A stretch of DNA of 64,000 bases from Candidatus Heimdallarchaeum endolithica (GTDB lineage Archaea > Asgardarchaeota > Heimdallarchaeia > Heimdallarchaeales > Heimdallarchaeaceae). The stretch covers positions 2,624,001-2,688,000 of the forward strand of contig CP084167.1 of the NCBI GenBank assembly GCA_021513715.1, read 5' to 3'. The notes below the pieces were generated by a model. The model did not search any database and had not been told where the DNA came from. It was given only the letters and a program-made list of their open reading frames with translations. The position numbers were made by a program, and so were the translations under genes. Positions 42,752 to 52,580 of this stretch are shown one piece after another. Numbering within the stretch: position 1 is the stretch's first letter; each line of letters opens with the position of its first letter.

Positions 42752-44188
42752 GTGAAAGAAATGAGCGAAGAAAGTGATCAACAGTTTTTTGAATTAGTGA
42801 AAGAGATAGATGAGATTGTTTTCCGACCTATGAGAGAAAAAATTACATCAATAGAGTATAAACAAGTTTTAATAAAAGAAAAAGATGATGTTAAACCAGT
42901 TAGTACGCTTCTTGATGAGGAAAAAGATGAAATTACAGAGATATCATCTATTATGGATAAAATAGGCATTAATTCAAAAGAAGCTAACATTCTGGAAGAA
43001 GAACAATTGTTGTTAGATGAAGCAGAAGAAAGTACTAAATTCTTGCAATTAAAAGATAATTATCCTGAATATAACATTTATATTAAACAGATTTATTGTT
43101 CAAGTAGTTATCAAGAGGATAAAGTAATTACACTTTTACAAAGAAATTTGAACTCTCTCAAAGATATAAAAATTAAAAAAAGTGAGAACAAACTTTTTCC
43201 ATTTTTATTGCATAATGTTAAGTATGTAGTAGAAGAACCATACTTTATTAATTTTCATGAATATAAAATCCCTATTTATAGAACTTTACAGGAAGAAAAA
43301 TTACGTTTTTATCCAGTAGGAGAGTATCCCTTTAATGAAAAAGACAAAATCTTTGAAAATAAGTGGGTCACATTAATAAGTAGCTTACAGCACGCATTAA
43401 TAAAGTCAATTAATGAGGGAAAGTTAGCAGAAAAGAAAGTGGAAACAATAGATAAAATAGAGATTTCTCATGTTGATTTTAATAAGTTAAAAGAATCAAT
43501 TGATGCTTCTGTAGATAATTTAAAGAAAGTAATATCAAATCTTTCTAAAGAAAATGTTTTGTATAACTTTGAAAGATTTTGGCGTAATGAAAAGCAGTTT
43601 AACCATGCTTTATCTAAATTAAAAAAGCAGTTAAAAGATATTGAACAAGAATTGAAGGAAGAAGATGATAAAATAAAGAAAGAATATCTAGAATTAAAAA
43701 CAAAACAAGTACAGTTGAATAAAGAAACAAAAATGTATAAACAACTTGAAAATCAGGGAATAAAAATAGAGCGAGAAAAAAAGGAAAAAGTAGCAAAATT
43801 ATTATCAGAGTTTCAAAGAAAGAAAGAATTGGTTCAACAAAAACTCTCTGAATTTAAGAAAAAAAAGCATGTGTTAGAGCAGTTAATTGAGCTCATTGAT
43901 AATAATGAGAATATTGAGGAATTTGAAAAAAACTTTAGGGAACTTTTTAAAAAAGACATTGATAATGCTTTAGAATCAATCAAAAAAGCTATGGCTGAAA
44001 AAGAATCTAATGCTATTAATTTTGAAAAAAATGAAGAAATTGATAAAAGTATTAGGTTACATGTTGTTTGGGTTCCAATATACTTAATTTACTTTAAAGC
44101 ATTCCAAGAAGGAAAAAAAATCGATGGTAAAGCATTTTATTCTGATTTTGAAAATAAAGTCTTTATTATTACTCCTGCAACAAGTTAA
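42752..44188 (+). CDS. Long coiled-coil hypothetical protein
   Basis: E/K-rich helical insert; C-terminal VVWVPIY beta motif. Confidence 0.65.
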   Translation: MKEMSEESDQQFFELVKEIDEIVFRPMREKITSIEYKQVLIKEKDDVKPVSTLLDEEKDEITEISSIMDKIGINSKEANILEEEQLLLDEAEESTKFLQLKDNYPEYNIYIKQIYCSSSYQEDKVITLLQRNLNSLKDIKIKKSENKLFPFLLHNVKYVVEEPYFINFHEYKIPIYRTLQEEKLRFYPVGEYPFNEKDKIFENKWVTLISSLQHALIKSINEGKLAEKKVETIDKIEISHVDFNKLKESIDASVDNLKKVISNLSKENVLYNFERFWRNEKQFNHALSKLKKQLKDIEQELKEEDDKIKKEYLELKTKQVQLNKETKMYKQLENQGIKIEREKKEKVAKLLSEFQRKKELVQQKLSEFKKKKHVLEQLIELIDNNENIEEFEKNFRELFKKDIDNALESIKKAMAEKESNAINFEKNEEIDKSIRLHVVWVPIYLIYFKAFQEGKKIDGKAFYSDFENKVFIITPATS

Positions 44189-44412
44189 ATATCAATGTTT
44201 AGTTATCATTTTCTCTTTTTATACTCAAAAAAGTTAGAAGGAAAAAGGAAAATAATGGCTAATTTCACATTTAATTAAGCATTCTTCCGTCCTATTAAAA
44301 TAATAACAAACTCTTGTGTAAATTAACTATGTATATATATAATTCGACGTTTATATTTGAATCTAAAAGTTTAAGAGTTTCTACACTAAATATTTTCGTA
44401 GACAAAGTGAAA

Positions 44413-45015
44413 ATGATGAAAACGCTTTTCGATAAATCAAAGTTCGATATGAAGATTGAAGAAATTATGACAAAGGGGGTTATTTCTGTAGCCCCTAAAG
44501 CAACTGCAGAAATATGTGCTAAACTAATGATTGATAATAAAATTGGTTCTGTGGTAGTAATTGATAGTAGTAAAAAAATTCTAGGAATCATTACCAAAGA
44601 GAATCTAATTAAACATGTCATTGCGCAAAATGCGAGTCCAGAGGCAGTAAAAGCTTTTGAGATAATGTCTGCTCCTGTAATTACAGTTAGAGAAACTATA
44701 ACTATTTCAGAAGCTATGCATAAGATGTTTAAAGAAAACATCAGACACTTAGTAATAACTGATTCACAAGGTTTTGTAATAGGAATATGTACAGATACAG
44801 ATCTGTTTAAAGTAGTTCCTACTTTGATTCTAATAGAAAAAGAATATATTCAGATGTTGAAAAATGAAGAAGAAGATGAGAAAAATGAAGAACTGGTATC
44901 TGGATACTGCGATGACTGTGGTGAATATTCTGATTCATTAAAGGAACTTGATGGCCAATTTAAGTGTCCAAGATGTGTTCCAGAGGATTTAAATATTATA
45001 CCTCCTGAAATATAG
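44413..45015 (+). CDS. CBS-pair protein with C-terminal zinc ribbon
   Basis: Two CBS domains; GYCDDCG...CPRC. Confidence 0.85.
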   Translation: MMKTLFDKSKFDMKIEEIMTKGVISVAPKATAEICAKLMIDNKIGSVVVIDSSKKILGIITKENLIKHVIAQNASPEAVKAFEIMSAPVITVRETITISEAMHKMFKENIRHLVITDSQGFVIGICTDTDLFKVVPTLILIEKEYIQMLKNEEEDEKNEELVSGYCDDCGEYSDSLKELDGQFKCPRCVPEDLNIIPPEI

Positions 45016-45032
45016 CTAAAAATGAACTCATA

Positions 45033-45524
45033 ATGAGTAAAATGAAATTCTATGTCGATGCAATGTTTGGAAACCTTTCCAGATTTTTAAGGGTTTTAGG
45101 TTATGATTGTTTACTACGTCCTAATACTCAAAATACAAGCGATTTTTTCTACAAAGCAAAAGAAGAAAATAGGATAATTATTACTCGCTCTAGGGTTCTT
45201 TATTATCAGGCTTGTAAGAGAGAAATTAGTTCTATTTTCATAAATAAAGAAGGAATTGTCAATATCTTATGTGATCTTAGAAGAAAGATAAAAATTAAAC
45301 TTATATGCGATCCTAATAATTCTCGTTGTTCAGAGTGCAATGGTTTATTAGTTAAAATTGAAAAAAAACTTATACGAAACGAAGTTAATAATGGAACATT
45401 TGAACATTTTGAAGAATTCTGGAAATGTAAAAGTTGTGGGAAAATTTATTGGGAAGGATCTCATTGGATTGATATAAGAAGAAAAGTAAAAGAAGTAGAA
45501 GAGTGTGTGAAAAATGAAAATTGA
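45033..45524 (+). CDS. Mut7-C RNase domain protein
   Basis: FYVDAMFGNLSRFLRVLGYD, SRCSECNG and CKSCGKIYWEGSH motifs. Confidence 0.88.
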   Translation: MSKMKFYVDAMFGNLSRFLRVLGYDCLLRPNTQNTSDFFYKAKEENRIIITRSRVLYYQACKREISSIFINKEGIVNILCDLRRKIKIKLICDPNNSRCSECNGLLVKIEKKLIRNEVNNGTFEHFEEFWKCKSCGKIYWEGSHWIDIRRKVKEVEECVKNEN

Positions 45525-46128
45525 ATTTAAGACAGGAGAATACCTTGTAAAACTTGCTAGAAAAGCAGGAGAAAGCTGGGTGAAATATAACAAAGCCATT
45601 GACCCTATTGACCCTATTCCAGAGCAAGCAAAAATGAAAACTGGAGCTTTTGTAACAGTGAAAAAACATAAATTCACTTTAGAAAGTTTAAGAGGCTGTA
45701 TCGGTTACGTGGAAGGTATTGCTCCATTGTATGAAGAAGTGATACTGCTTGCAAAATCTGCAACTCAAGAAGACCCTCGATTCCCTCCAGTAAAACCTGA
45801 TGAATTGTCAAATTTACTTTTTGAAGTAACTATAATGACTGTACCAGAAATAATTTATTATAATACAATTGAAGAATTAGTAAGCCAGATAAAGATAGGC
45901 AGGGATGGATTAATAGTAGAAAAAGGTTTTAACAGAGGGTTACTTTTACCTCAAGTTCCAGTAGAGCAAAATTGGACTATTGAGGAATTCCTGTCTTATA
46001 CATGTAGAAAAGCTTATCTTCCGGTTGATACTTGGAAAAAAACAAATCTAACAATTAAAAAATTTCAAGGGATTATCTTTAAAGAAAAAGTTCCTGGCGG
46101 AGAAGTTGAACAAGAAGTTATTCAATAG
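45514..46128 (+). CDS. AMMECR1-domain protein
   Basis: GAFVT, LRGCIG, DPRFPP and GLLLPQVPVE motifs. Confidence 0.92.
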   Translation: MKIEFKTGEYLVKLARKAGESWVKYNKAIDPIDPIPEQAKMKTGAFVTVKKHKFTLESLRGCIGYVEGIAPLYEEVILLAKSATQEDPRFPPVKPDELSNLLFEVTIMTVPEIIYYNTIEELVSQIKIGRDGLIVEKGFNRGLLLPQVPVEQNWTIEEFLSYTCRKAYLPVDTWKKTNLTIKKFQGIIFKEKVPGGEVEQEVIQ

Positions 46129-47053
46129 TTTTAAGAATTTTATTAACATTTTCGAAATCTGGTTTTTCAGCTAGATCAGGGACAAAAATGGGGATAGTTA
46201 CAGGAAATCTTTTTTCTATTCGATAAAATAGGTCTCTTGACATTACTATAGCCTGTGAGTTAGTAAGTAAATAGTAAGAATGTATTTCTTCTATCAAATT
46301 CTTTTGATTTTCAAGGACTATTAAGTGTTGTTCCTTCAACATTTTAGGTTGGAGGTTCAATATTAGCTCAATAAAGTTAAGATATGTTTTATCAAAATTT
46401 TTGAGAGGTTTGAGTGAACACACAACTGTATTTGTTCCTCGTTGATACATCTTTATGGTATTTGTTAGATCTTCCTTTTTTCCTTCAACTAGAACTAACA
46501 CTTTTCCTTGACAACCTACAGGTAATCCTCCTAGGCCTTCTTCTTTTCTATGATATAAATATGCATCTTTCTCTCTAACCTCGATGAATAGTGTGTATTC
46601 TGGTGAAGTTAAATCTACTTTTAGTTTATTATTAGAACATTTTTCTAATATAAATGACCCAATTTCAGCAGCAAGTTCCATACTATTGAAAGAATGAGTC
46701 CCTACTCTTTTTACTCTAACAGCAAAAGAAGAGTTAGATTGAATTGCATTAAGAAATTGTTTTTCGATAGTAGTTTTGATTTCTTTTAATTTTGAAGGGC
46801 ATTTTGTTGTTTTACTTGTGCTTTTAACCCCTGGAACAAAAGAAGTAACAATTTTTTCAGCTTTTTCTAGTTCATTTGTTAATATGTAAATTCTACTATA
46901 TTGATTTAAAACACTGAAATCTTGAATATTAAAATAATTTAAACAATATTTGATATGATTTACTAAGATAGAAGTAAACCAATGTCTAGTTTTTTTGCTT
47001 TTAATTCCAATTTCTGAAAAACGTACTAGAAGCAAATGCTGATTATTTTTCAT
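46118..47053 (-). CDS. THUMP-domain ThiI-like protein with degenerate PP-loop
   Basis: VRFSEIGIKS, FAVRVKRVG, VDLTSPE and GLGGLPVG motifs; SGGIDS is replaced by EGKKED. Confidence 0.78.
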   Translation of the reverse strand: MKNNQHLLLVRFSEIGIKSKKTRHWFTSILVNHIKYCLNYFNIQDFSVLNQYSRIYILTNELEKAEKIVTSFVPGVKSTSKTTKCPSKLKEIKTTIEKQFLNAIQSNSSFAVRVKRVGTHSFNSMELAAEIGSFILEKCSNNKLKVDLTSPEYTLFIEVREKDAYLYHRKEEGLGGLPVGCQGKVLVLVEGKKEDLTNTIKMYQRGTNTVVCSLKPLKNFDKTYLNFIELILNLQPKMLKEQHLIVLENQKNLIEEIHSYYLLTNSQAIVMSRDLFYRIEKRFPVTIPIFVPDLAEKPDFENVNKILKTIE

Positions 47054-47101
47054 TAGTTTTACCTATGATGGAAGGAAAAATAAAGATTATAAGAATAACT
47101 A

Positions 47102-47359
47102 TTATTCATTAAAGAAATCTATTCCTTCGATGAATCTTTCTCTCCTCTCTTCCTTCTCGGCTTCACTAACTTCTATTTCTTCTTCCTCTATTATAATATC
47201 TCCTAGTTCACTAGATTTATGTTCAACTTCTTCTTGTATTTCATATTTTGAAGTATCATCGATGTCTTTTTCAAATTTGCATTTAGGGCAAATAAGAATG
47301 CGTTTTTTACCTTTTTTTGCTGGGATTAGCATTTTTCCGCAATTTTTACAGAATTCCAC
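47102..47359 (-). CDS. TFS/RNA polymerase subunit M-like protein, N-terminal zinc ribbon only
   Basis: MEFCKNCGKMLIP...CPKC followed by an acidic tail; no second ribbon. Confidence 0.7.
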   Translation of the reverse strand: MEFCKNCGKMLIPAKKGKKRILICPKCKFEKDIDDTSKYEIQEEVEHKSSELGDIIIEEEEIEVSEAEKEERRERFIEGIDFFNE

Positions 47360-47539
47360 GTCTCACTCACTTTTTTATCTTGTGATTTTTGGTATGTCGC
47401 TTTTCACTTTTTAACTTTTCTCTTCAAAACTTTTTTACTGATCATCTATGTTTTTTTGTAATTTTTTTTATATTCCGTGAAATAACTTTTCTAACAACTT
47501 AGAAGAGATAAACTTTTGAATTGTTTTTTTTTAAGTCAT

Positions 47540-48604
47540 ATGAAAAGAATGCACAATAAAACTTCTCCTAGAAAAGATGAGCATTTGAAAATATGCAATG
47601 AACTAGATGTAAATTATGATTTGATCTCTCCTGGTTTTGAGAAAATAAGTATCACAGAAGAACTTTCTAATTTCTCAGATGTTACACCAGACATAGTTAA
47701 TCTCGAAACTTCATTATTTGGAAAAAAAATAGACTTTCCTCTAATTATTTCTGGAATAACAGGAGGATCAGAGGAAGGGAAAAAAATTAACAAATCTATA
47801 GCTAAAGTTTGTGATAAATTTAATATAGCGATGGGGGTTGGTAGTCAGAGAGCTGCTATCGAAGAACCACAACTAGCTTCTACTTATCAAGTAAGGGAGT
47901 ATGCTCCAAATATCCCTTTGATTGGAAACCTAGGTGTAGCTCAACTTTTAGATAAAACAAATGGAGAAAAAGTTAAACTTGCTGTAGAAATGATCGACGC
48001 AGATGCTCTTGCTTTACATATAAACCCTCTACAAGAATATGTACAATATGAAGGCGACAAACAGCTAAGTAACATAATTTCACCTTTAGAAAGTATAATA
48101 CAGGAAAGCAATTATCCAATAATAATAAAAGGTGTTGGTTTTGGTTTTAGTTTAAATGATATGAAAATAATAGGTAAACTAGGTGCCAAATATGTAGACA
48201 TTGCTGGAGCAGGTGGTACGAATTGGACAAAAATCGAACTTTATAGACATAAAAAAGAATTTAGTTTTTCTAATGAGTTTGTAAATCTTGGTATTTCAAC
48301 AGTAGAATCACTGAAAAATGCTGTTTTTGTACAACAATCTTTTCCCTATAAAATTATTGCATCAGGTGGTATATGGTCTGGCATAAACGCTGTAAAAGCC
48401 TTGCTTTTAGGTGCTGATTATGTAGGTTTTGCTCTACCTATTGTAAAAGCGTACTATAATAAGGGAGAAGAAGGAATAGAATCCTTTCTTTCAGTTTTTC
48501 TAATAGAAATGAAAATAGTTTTAGCTATGATGGGTATTAAGAATATAAAACAACTAAATGAAAGGAAAAAGAAGTCTTGTTTTCATAATAAAAAAAGGCT
48601 TTAA
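47540..48604 (+). CDS. fni: Type 2 isopentenyl-diphosphate isomerase
   Basis: RKDEH, GITGG, GVGSQRA, HINPLQE and AGAGGTNW motifs. Confidence 0.93.
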   Translation: MKRMHNKTSPRKDEHLKICNELDVNYDLISPGFEKISITEELSNFSDVTPDIVNLETSLFGKKIDFPLIISGITGGSEEGKKINKSIAKVCDKFNIAMGVGSQRAAIEEPQLASTYQVREYAPNIPLIGNLGVAQLLDKTNGEKVKLAVEMIDADALALHINPLQEYVQYEGDKQLSNIISPLESIIQESNYPIIIKGVGFGFSLNDMKIIGKLGAKYVDIAGAGGTNWTKIELYRHKKEFSFSNEFVNLGISTVESLKNAVFVQQSFPYKIIASGGIWSGINAVKALLLGADYVGFALPIVKAYYNKGEEGIESFLSVFLIEMKIVLAMMGIKNIKQLNERKKKSCFHNKKRL

Positions 48605-48610
48605 AGTTAG

Positions 48611-48675
48611 GAATCAGCCTAACTATGATTCGTCATTGTCTTTTTTAGACTCAGCAATGCCTTGCTCATCATTAA
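48611..48675 (-). ncRNA. Box C/D guide sRNA (double guide, predicted 23S rRNA targets)
   Basis: C box AUGAUGA 48672-48666; guide GCAAGGCAUUG; D' CUGA 48654-48651; GUCU/AGAC stem; C' AUGACGA 48636-48630; guide AUCAUAGUUAGG; D CUGA 48617-48614. Confidence 0.88.
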
Positions 48676-48730
48676 TGTTAAATAATTTTTAGACTATTTC
48701 TTTTTTCCTATTTCGTCTTATTTTTAAAAA

Positions 48731-49663
48731 TTAGAATAGGTTAGTACTGAACATTAGTGGAGGAATAATGATTAGAACGTTGATGGCTAACAATGCTGCA
48801 TAAGCAAATTTATTCCAATTAAGAATTTTTTTTCCGTCCAACTGCCATAAAGGAATGCAATTAAAAAGCGCAATAAGACCGTTGAATAAGGTTATTTGAA
48901 GAAATATATTTTCAAATATTGGTGATAAAGTAAGAGGAAGAATTGCAAACTTGATAAGTAAGCCAATAATTAAACTAACTCCTCCAATAATTGCGTTTGT
49001 GGCTGGTCCAGCTAAAGCTACAAGTCCTCCTTCTTTTTTGGTCATTTTTCGTCTAGGGTCTAAAGGAACAATGGCTACAAATCCAGGGACAATTAAACCT
49101 ATTTGGAAAATTAATGTGAATAAAGTGAATAAAATCCCTTTTGTCCATAAAACATATCTAGCAAATTGCCCTTTTTTAATTGCTACAAATTTATGAGCCA
49201 GTTCATGAGGAAGGAAAGCTGTGCCAATGAGAATACCTGAAATAAGAAATCCCCAATAATTTCTCTCGAAAATAAATTCTGATAGTCCAAATACAAGAAT
49301 AATTAATCCAAAACCGAAAATTAAGTCTAAAACTTCTGAACCTAAAGAAAAAATATCAGGAGAAGCTAATAATCTTTTGTTTATTAATTCTTTTTTTGAT
49401 TTTTCATCTAAACGCGATAATTGATCATAATATGCTTGTTGAGCTTGTTTTTGTACATATTCTGCAGCTTTTTGGATTCCAGTAATTATAGAAGAAGTTG
49501 CTTGAGCTACTGTCTCTACTTGATCTGGAAAAGATTGGCTGAAAAAGACTGGACATTGATGATTTTGGGGATCACGATGTTCTTCACAGAAAGAGTGATG
49601 ACAATATCTACAATAGAAGAGAATATCTTCATCTCTATTACAGTTTGGGTATTCGCATTTCAT
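48731..49663 (-). CDS. AN1-type zinc finger fused to M50 (site-2) intramembrane metalloprotease
   Basis: CRYCHHSFCEEHRDPQNHQC; HELAH; LAGP; FNCIPLWQLDG. Confidence 0.88.
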   Translation of the reverse strand: MKCEYPNCNRDEDILFYCRYCHHSFCEEHRDPQNHQCPVFFSQSFPDQVETVAQATSSIITGIQKAAEYVQKQAQQAYYDQLSRLDEKSKKELINKRLLASPDIFSLGSEVLDLIFGFGLIILVFGLSEFIFERNYWGFLISGILIGTAFLPHELAHKFVAIKKGQFARYVLWTKGILFTLFTLIFQIGLIVPGFVAIVPLDPRRKMTKKEGGLVALAGPATNAIIGGVSLIIGLLIKFAILPLTLSPIFENIFLQITLFNGLIALFNCIPLWQLDGKKILNWNKFAYAALLAINVLIIIPPLMFSTNLF

Positions 49664-49839
49664 TAGTTATACTCAATTTAACATAGGTATTTTAGAACCT
49701 ATTCATTTAACAGAAAATTTTAGTGCTTAATGTCTCGAACTTTAGAATGAAAGATTAATTTTGAAAAAATATTACATTTTTATTCCAATAAAACTTTTAA
49801 GTTAGAATCATCTAACATTTTTTAACAACTCAATTAGGT

Positions 49840-51534
49840 GTGAAAATGAAACCCGATATTGAAATCTCACAAGAAAAAGCAAAAGACATGAAAGATATTA
49901 GAGAAATAGTAAAAAAAGTAGGATTAACTGAAGATGATCTTCAGCTTTATGGTAAATATATAGCTAAATTAAACCAAGATACAATTGCACGTGTTCTTAA
50001 CTCTGACAAAGAAGAAGGAAAATTAATTTTCGTTACAGCTATGACTGCTTCAAAAGCAGGTGAAGGAAAAACTGTAACCAGTATAGGTTTGTCTCAAGCA
50101 TTCGCTAAACTAGGAAAAAGCGTAATGTTTGCTATCAGAGAACCATCTATGGGACCAACTTTTGGAATAAAAGGAGGAGCTACTGGGGGAGGATATTCAC
50201 AGGTCTATCCAATGGTTGACATTGATTTACACTTTACTGGTGATCTCCATGCTATTACATCAGCTCATAATCTGCTCGCTGCACTGATTGATAATCACAT
50301 TACAAAAGGTAATAAACTGAATATCGATCCAACAAAAGTTACTTGGCCAAGAGCTTTGGATGTAAATGATAGAGCATTAAGGAATATTATTACTGGATTA
50401 GGCGGAAGAAGATTAGGAGGAGACATTCGTAATACTGGTTTTGTAATTACAGCAGCTAGCGAAATAATGGCAATTTTAGCACTTTCAATGGATATGAAAG
50501 AATTAAAAGAACGATTAGGTAATATCCTAATAGGTTATACATATGATGACAAACCTGTATATGCAAAAGATCTAAATGCTGTTGGCGCAATGGCTTTAAT
50601 ATTAAAAGATGCAATTAAACCCAATATTGTCCAGAATTTTGAGGGTGTTCCTGGTTTCATTCACTGTGGGCCATTTGCAAATATTGCACATGGAAATAGT
50701 TCAATACTTGCTACTAAGTTAGCACTTAAACTCGCTGATTATGTTATCACTGAAGGAGGTTTTGCTGCTGATTTAGGTTTTGAAAAATTCTGTGATATAG
50801 TTGCTAGGAAATATAATACAATTCCTTCTGCAGTAGTACTTGTAGCTTCAATTAGAGCATTGCACATCCACGGTGGAGCTCCATTTGAAAAAGGATTTGA
50901 AAAGAACATAGATGCTTTAGCTAAAGGAGCAGAAAATCTAGCTAAGCACATAGACAACATGAAGACTAAGTTCAAAGTTCCTCCTGTGGTTGCAATTAAT
51001 CGATTCCCACAAGATGATGATGAGGAAATAGAATGGTTACGAAATTGGTGTATCGAACAAGGAGCAGAATTCGCAGTCTCTGAAGTATTCTCAAAAGGAG
51101 GAGAAGGTGGAATTGATCTCGCTAAAGCAGTACTTGCAGCAATTGAAAAAGGAGAAAAACAATTGAACTATATTTATGAATTAGATGACCCTGTGAAAGT
51201 AAAAATAGAAAAACTTGCAAAACAAGTTTATGGTGCAGATGGAGTAGAATATTCGCCAAAAGCTCTAGATGATATAAAACTCATAGAAAAACTAGGCTAT
51301 GCTAATTTCCCGATTTGTATGGCAAAAACACAATTGAGTATTACTGATAAAGTTGGGCTTTTAGGTGCACCTACAGGTTGGAAATTAAATGTAGATGAAG
51401 TTAGATTGTACACAGGTGCCCAATTCATTGTTCCTGTTGCAGGAAGAATGTTCTTGATGCCTGGATTACCTCCAGTACCAGCTGCAGAGCGTATGGATAT
51501 TGATGAAAACGGTTATGTAGTTGGATTAGAGTAG
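49840..51534 (+). CDS. fhs: Formate--tetrahydrofolate ligase
   Basis: GEGKT, GIKGGATGGGYSQV, HCGPFANIAHG, CMAKTQ and MPGLP motifs. Confidence 0.97.
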   Translation: MKMKPDIEISQEKAKDMKDIREIVKKVGLTEDDLQLYGKYIAKLNQDTIARVLNSDKEEGKLIFVTAMTASKAGEGKTVTSIGLSQAFAKLGKSVMFAIREPSMGPTFGIKGGATGGGYSQVYPMVDIDLHFTGDLHAITSAHNLLAALIDNHITKGNKLNIDPTKVTWPRALDVNDRALRNIITGLGGRRLGGDIRNTGFVITAASEIMAILALSMDMKELKERLGNILIGYTYDDKPVYAKDLNAVGAMALILKDAIKPNIVQNFEGVPGFIHCGPFANIAHGNSSILATKLALKLADYVITEGGFAADLGFEKFCDIVARKYNTIPSAVVLVASIRALHIHGGAPFEKGFEKNIDALAKGAENLAKHIDNMKTKFKVPPVVAINRFPQDDDEEIEWLRNWCIEQGAEFAVSEVFSKGGEGGIDLAKAVLAAIEKGEKQLNYIYELDDPVKVKIEKLAKQVYGADGVEYSPKALDDIKLIEKLGYANFPICMAKTQLSITDKVGLLGAPTGWKLNVDEVRLYTGAQFIVPVAGRMFLMPGLPPVPAAERMDIDENGYVVGLE

Positions 51535-51569
51535 TTTTGATATTTTTTATTTCTTTCTTTTATTAAAAG

Positions 51570-52580
51570 TTAAATATAAAGCACGTTGTTCAGAATAATG
51601 TAAACAAAGTAAATAACTATATTTGAAATCCATAGGGCCCATGCAAGATTCTTTTTCCATTCAAAGATATAATTTCCATCAGATAATGGAAATAAAGGCA
51701 TAGAATGAAAAACGAGAAAACCAAAAATAAATACAACTAAAGCGCTTGAAAATGAATATAAAGCAATGATAAAACTAGACGCAGGATAAAAGACTCGTAA
51801 CAAAGTAAAAATAGCTGCTATAATTTCCCACCCAAGTAACCATGTAACACCCGCTAAAGCTGTTATTCCATATTCCCTTCTTACAGGGTTGATATCATTT
51901 AAATGAATGATGTTTCCTTGTGTTCTTCTAAATAATCTTTTTTTGAGGATAAGTATTGATGGAGGTAATATGAGAACAGGAAAAACAATTGAAAGTAATG
52001 ATATCAAGAATGCTTGTAACCACATAGCGTTTTTCACACTTACTCCAACTCTTTTACCTACAACATAGTGTATCAGTTCATGAAGTGAGTAAGTTACACC
52101 AATTCCAATGAAAATTATAGGTAAAATAATGAGAATTGTATTCCTGTAGAATCTGAGGTTAACTGTGAAATATAATGAAAGAATAAGTGAAATGAAAATT
52201 GTGGGAATTAGAACGTTAAAGAAATTTTTTTCGAATGCATAAAGAGTGAAAAAAGCAGATCTTGCTAGAAATCTATCCTTTTTTTCAAAGTAAGAAGATG
52301 TACGTTTAACTCTTTTGCTTGAAGTATCGATAGGAAATATTTTCTCTTTTTTTTCTTCTGTTATAGTCTTTACTGGAGTAGAAGCTCTGCTAATCTTTGA
52401 CTTTTTGTATTCATCAGATTGAAAATAGTTTAATTTTACACAATTATGCTGTTCTGGAAGTCGGTGTTTTGAGCAATAGTAATTACCACAAAGTTTGCAC
52501 TTAAAAGGCAACATTTCTTCTTCATTATTACAGTTTGGATATGAGCACCTGGTTTTTGTTATTTTAGTCACCCTCTTCAT
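51570..52580 (-). CDS. Second AN1 zinc finger + M50-like membrane protein (divergent)
   Basis: CKLCGNYYCSKHRLPEQHNC; HELIH; HSMPLFPLSDG in place of NxxPxxxxDG. Confidence 0.78.
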   Translation of the reverse strand: MKRVTKITKTRCSYPNCNNEEEMLPFKCKLCGNYYCSKHRLPEQHNCVKLNYFQSDEYKKSKISRASTPVKTITEEKKEKIFPIDTSSKRVKRTSSYFEKKDRFLARSAFFTLYAFEKNFFNVLIPTIFISLILSLYFTVNLRFYRNTILIILPIIFIGIGVTYSLHELIHYVVGKRVGVSVKNAMWLQAFLISLLSIVFPVLILPPSILILKKRLFRRTQGNIIHLNDINPVRREYGITALAGVTWLLGWEIIAAIFTLLRVFYPASSFIIALYSFSSALVVFIFGFLVFHSMPLFPLSDGNYIFEWKKNLAWALWISNIVIYFVYIILNNVLYI

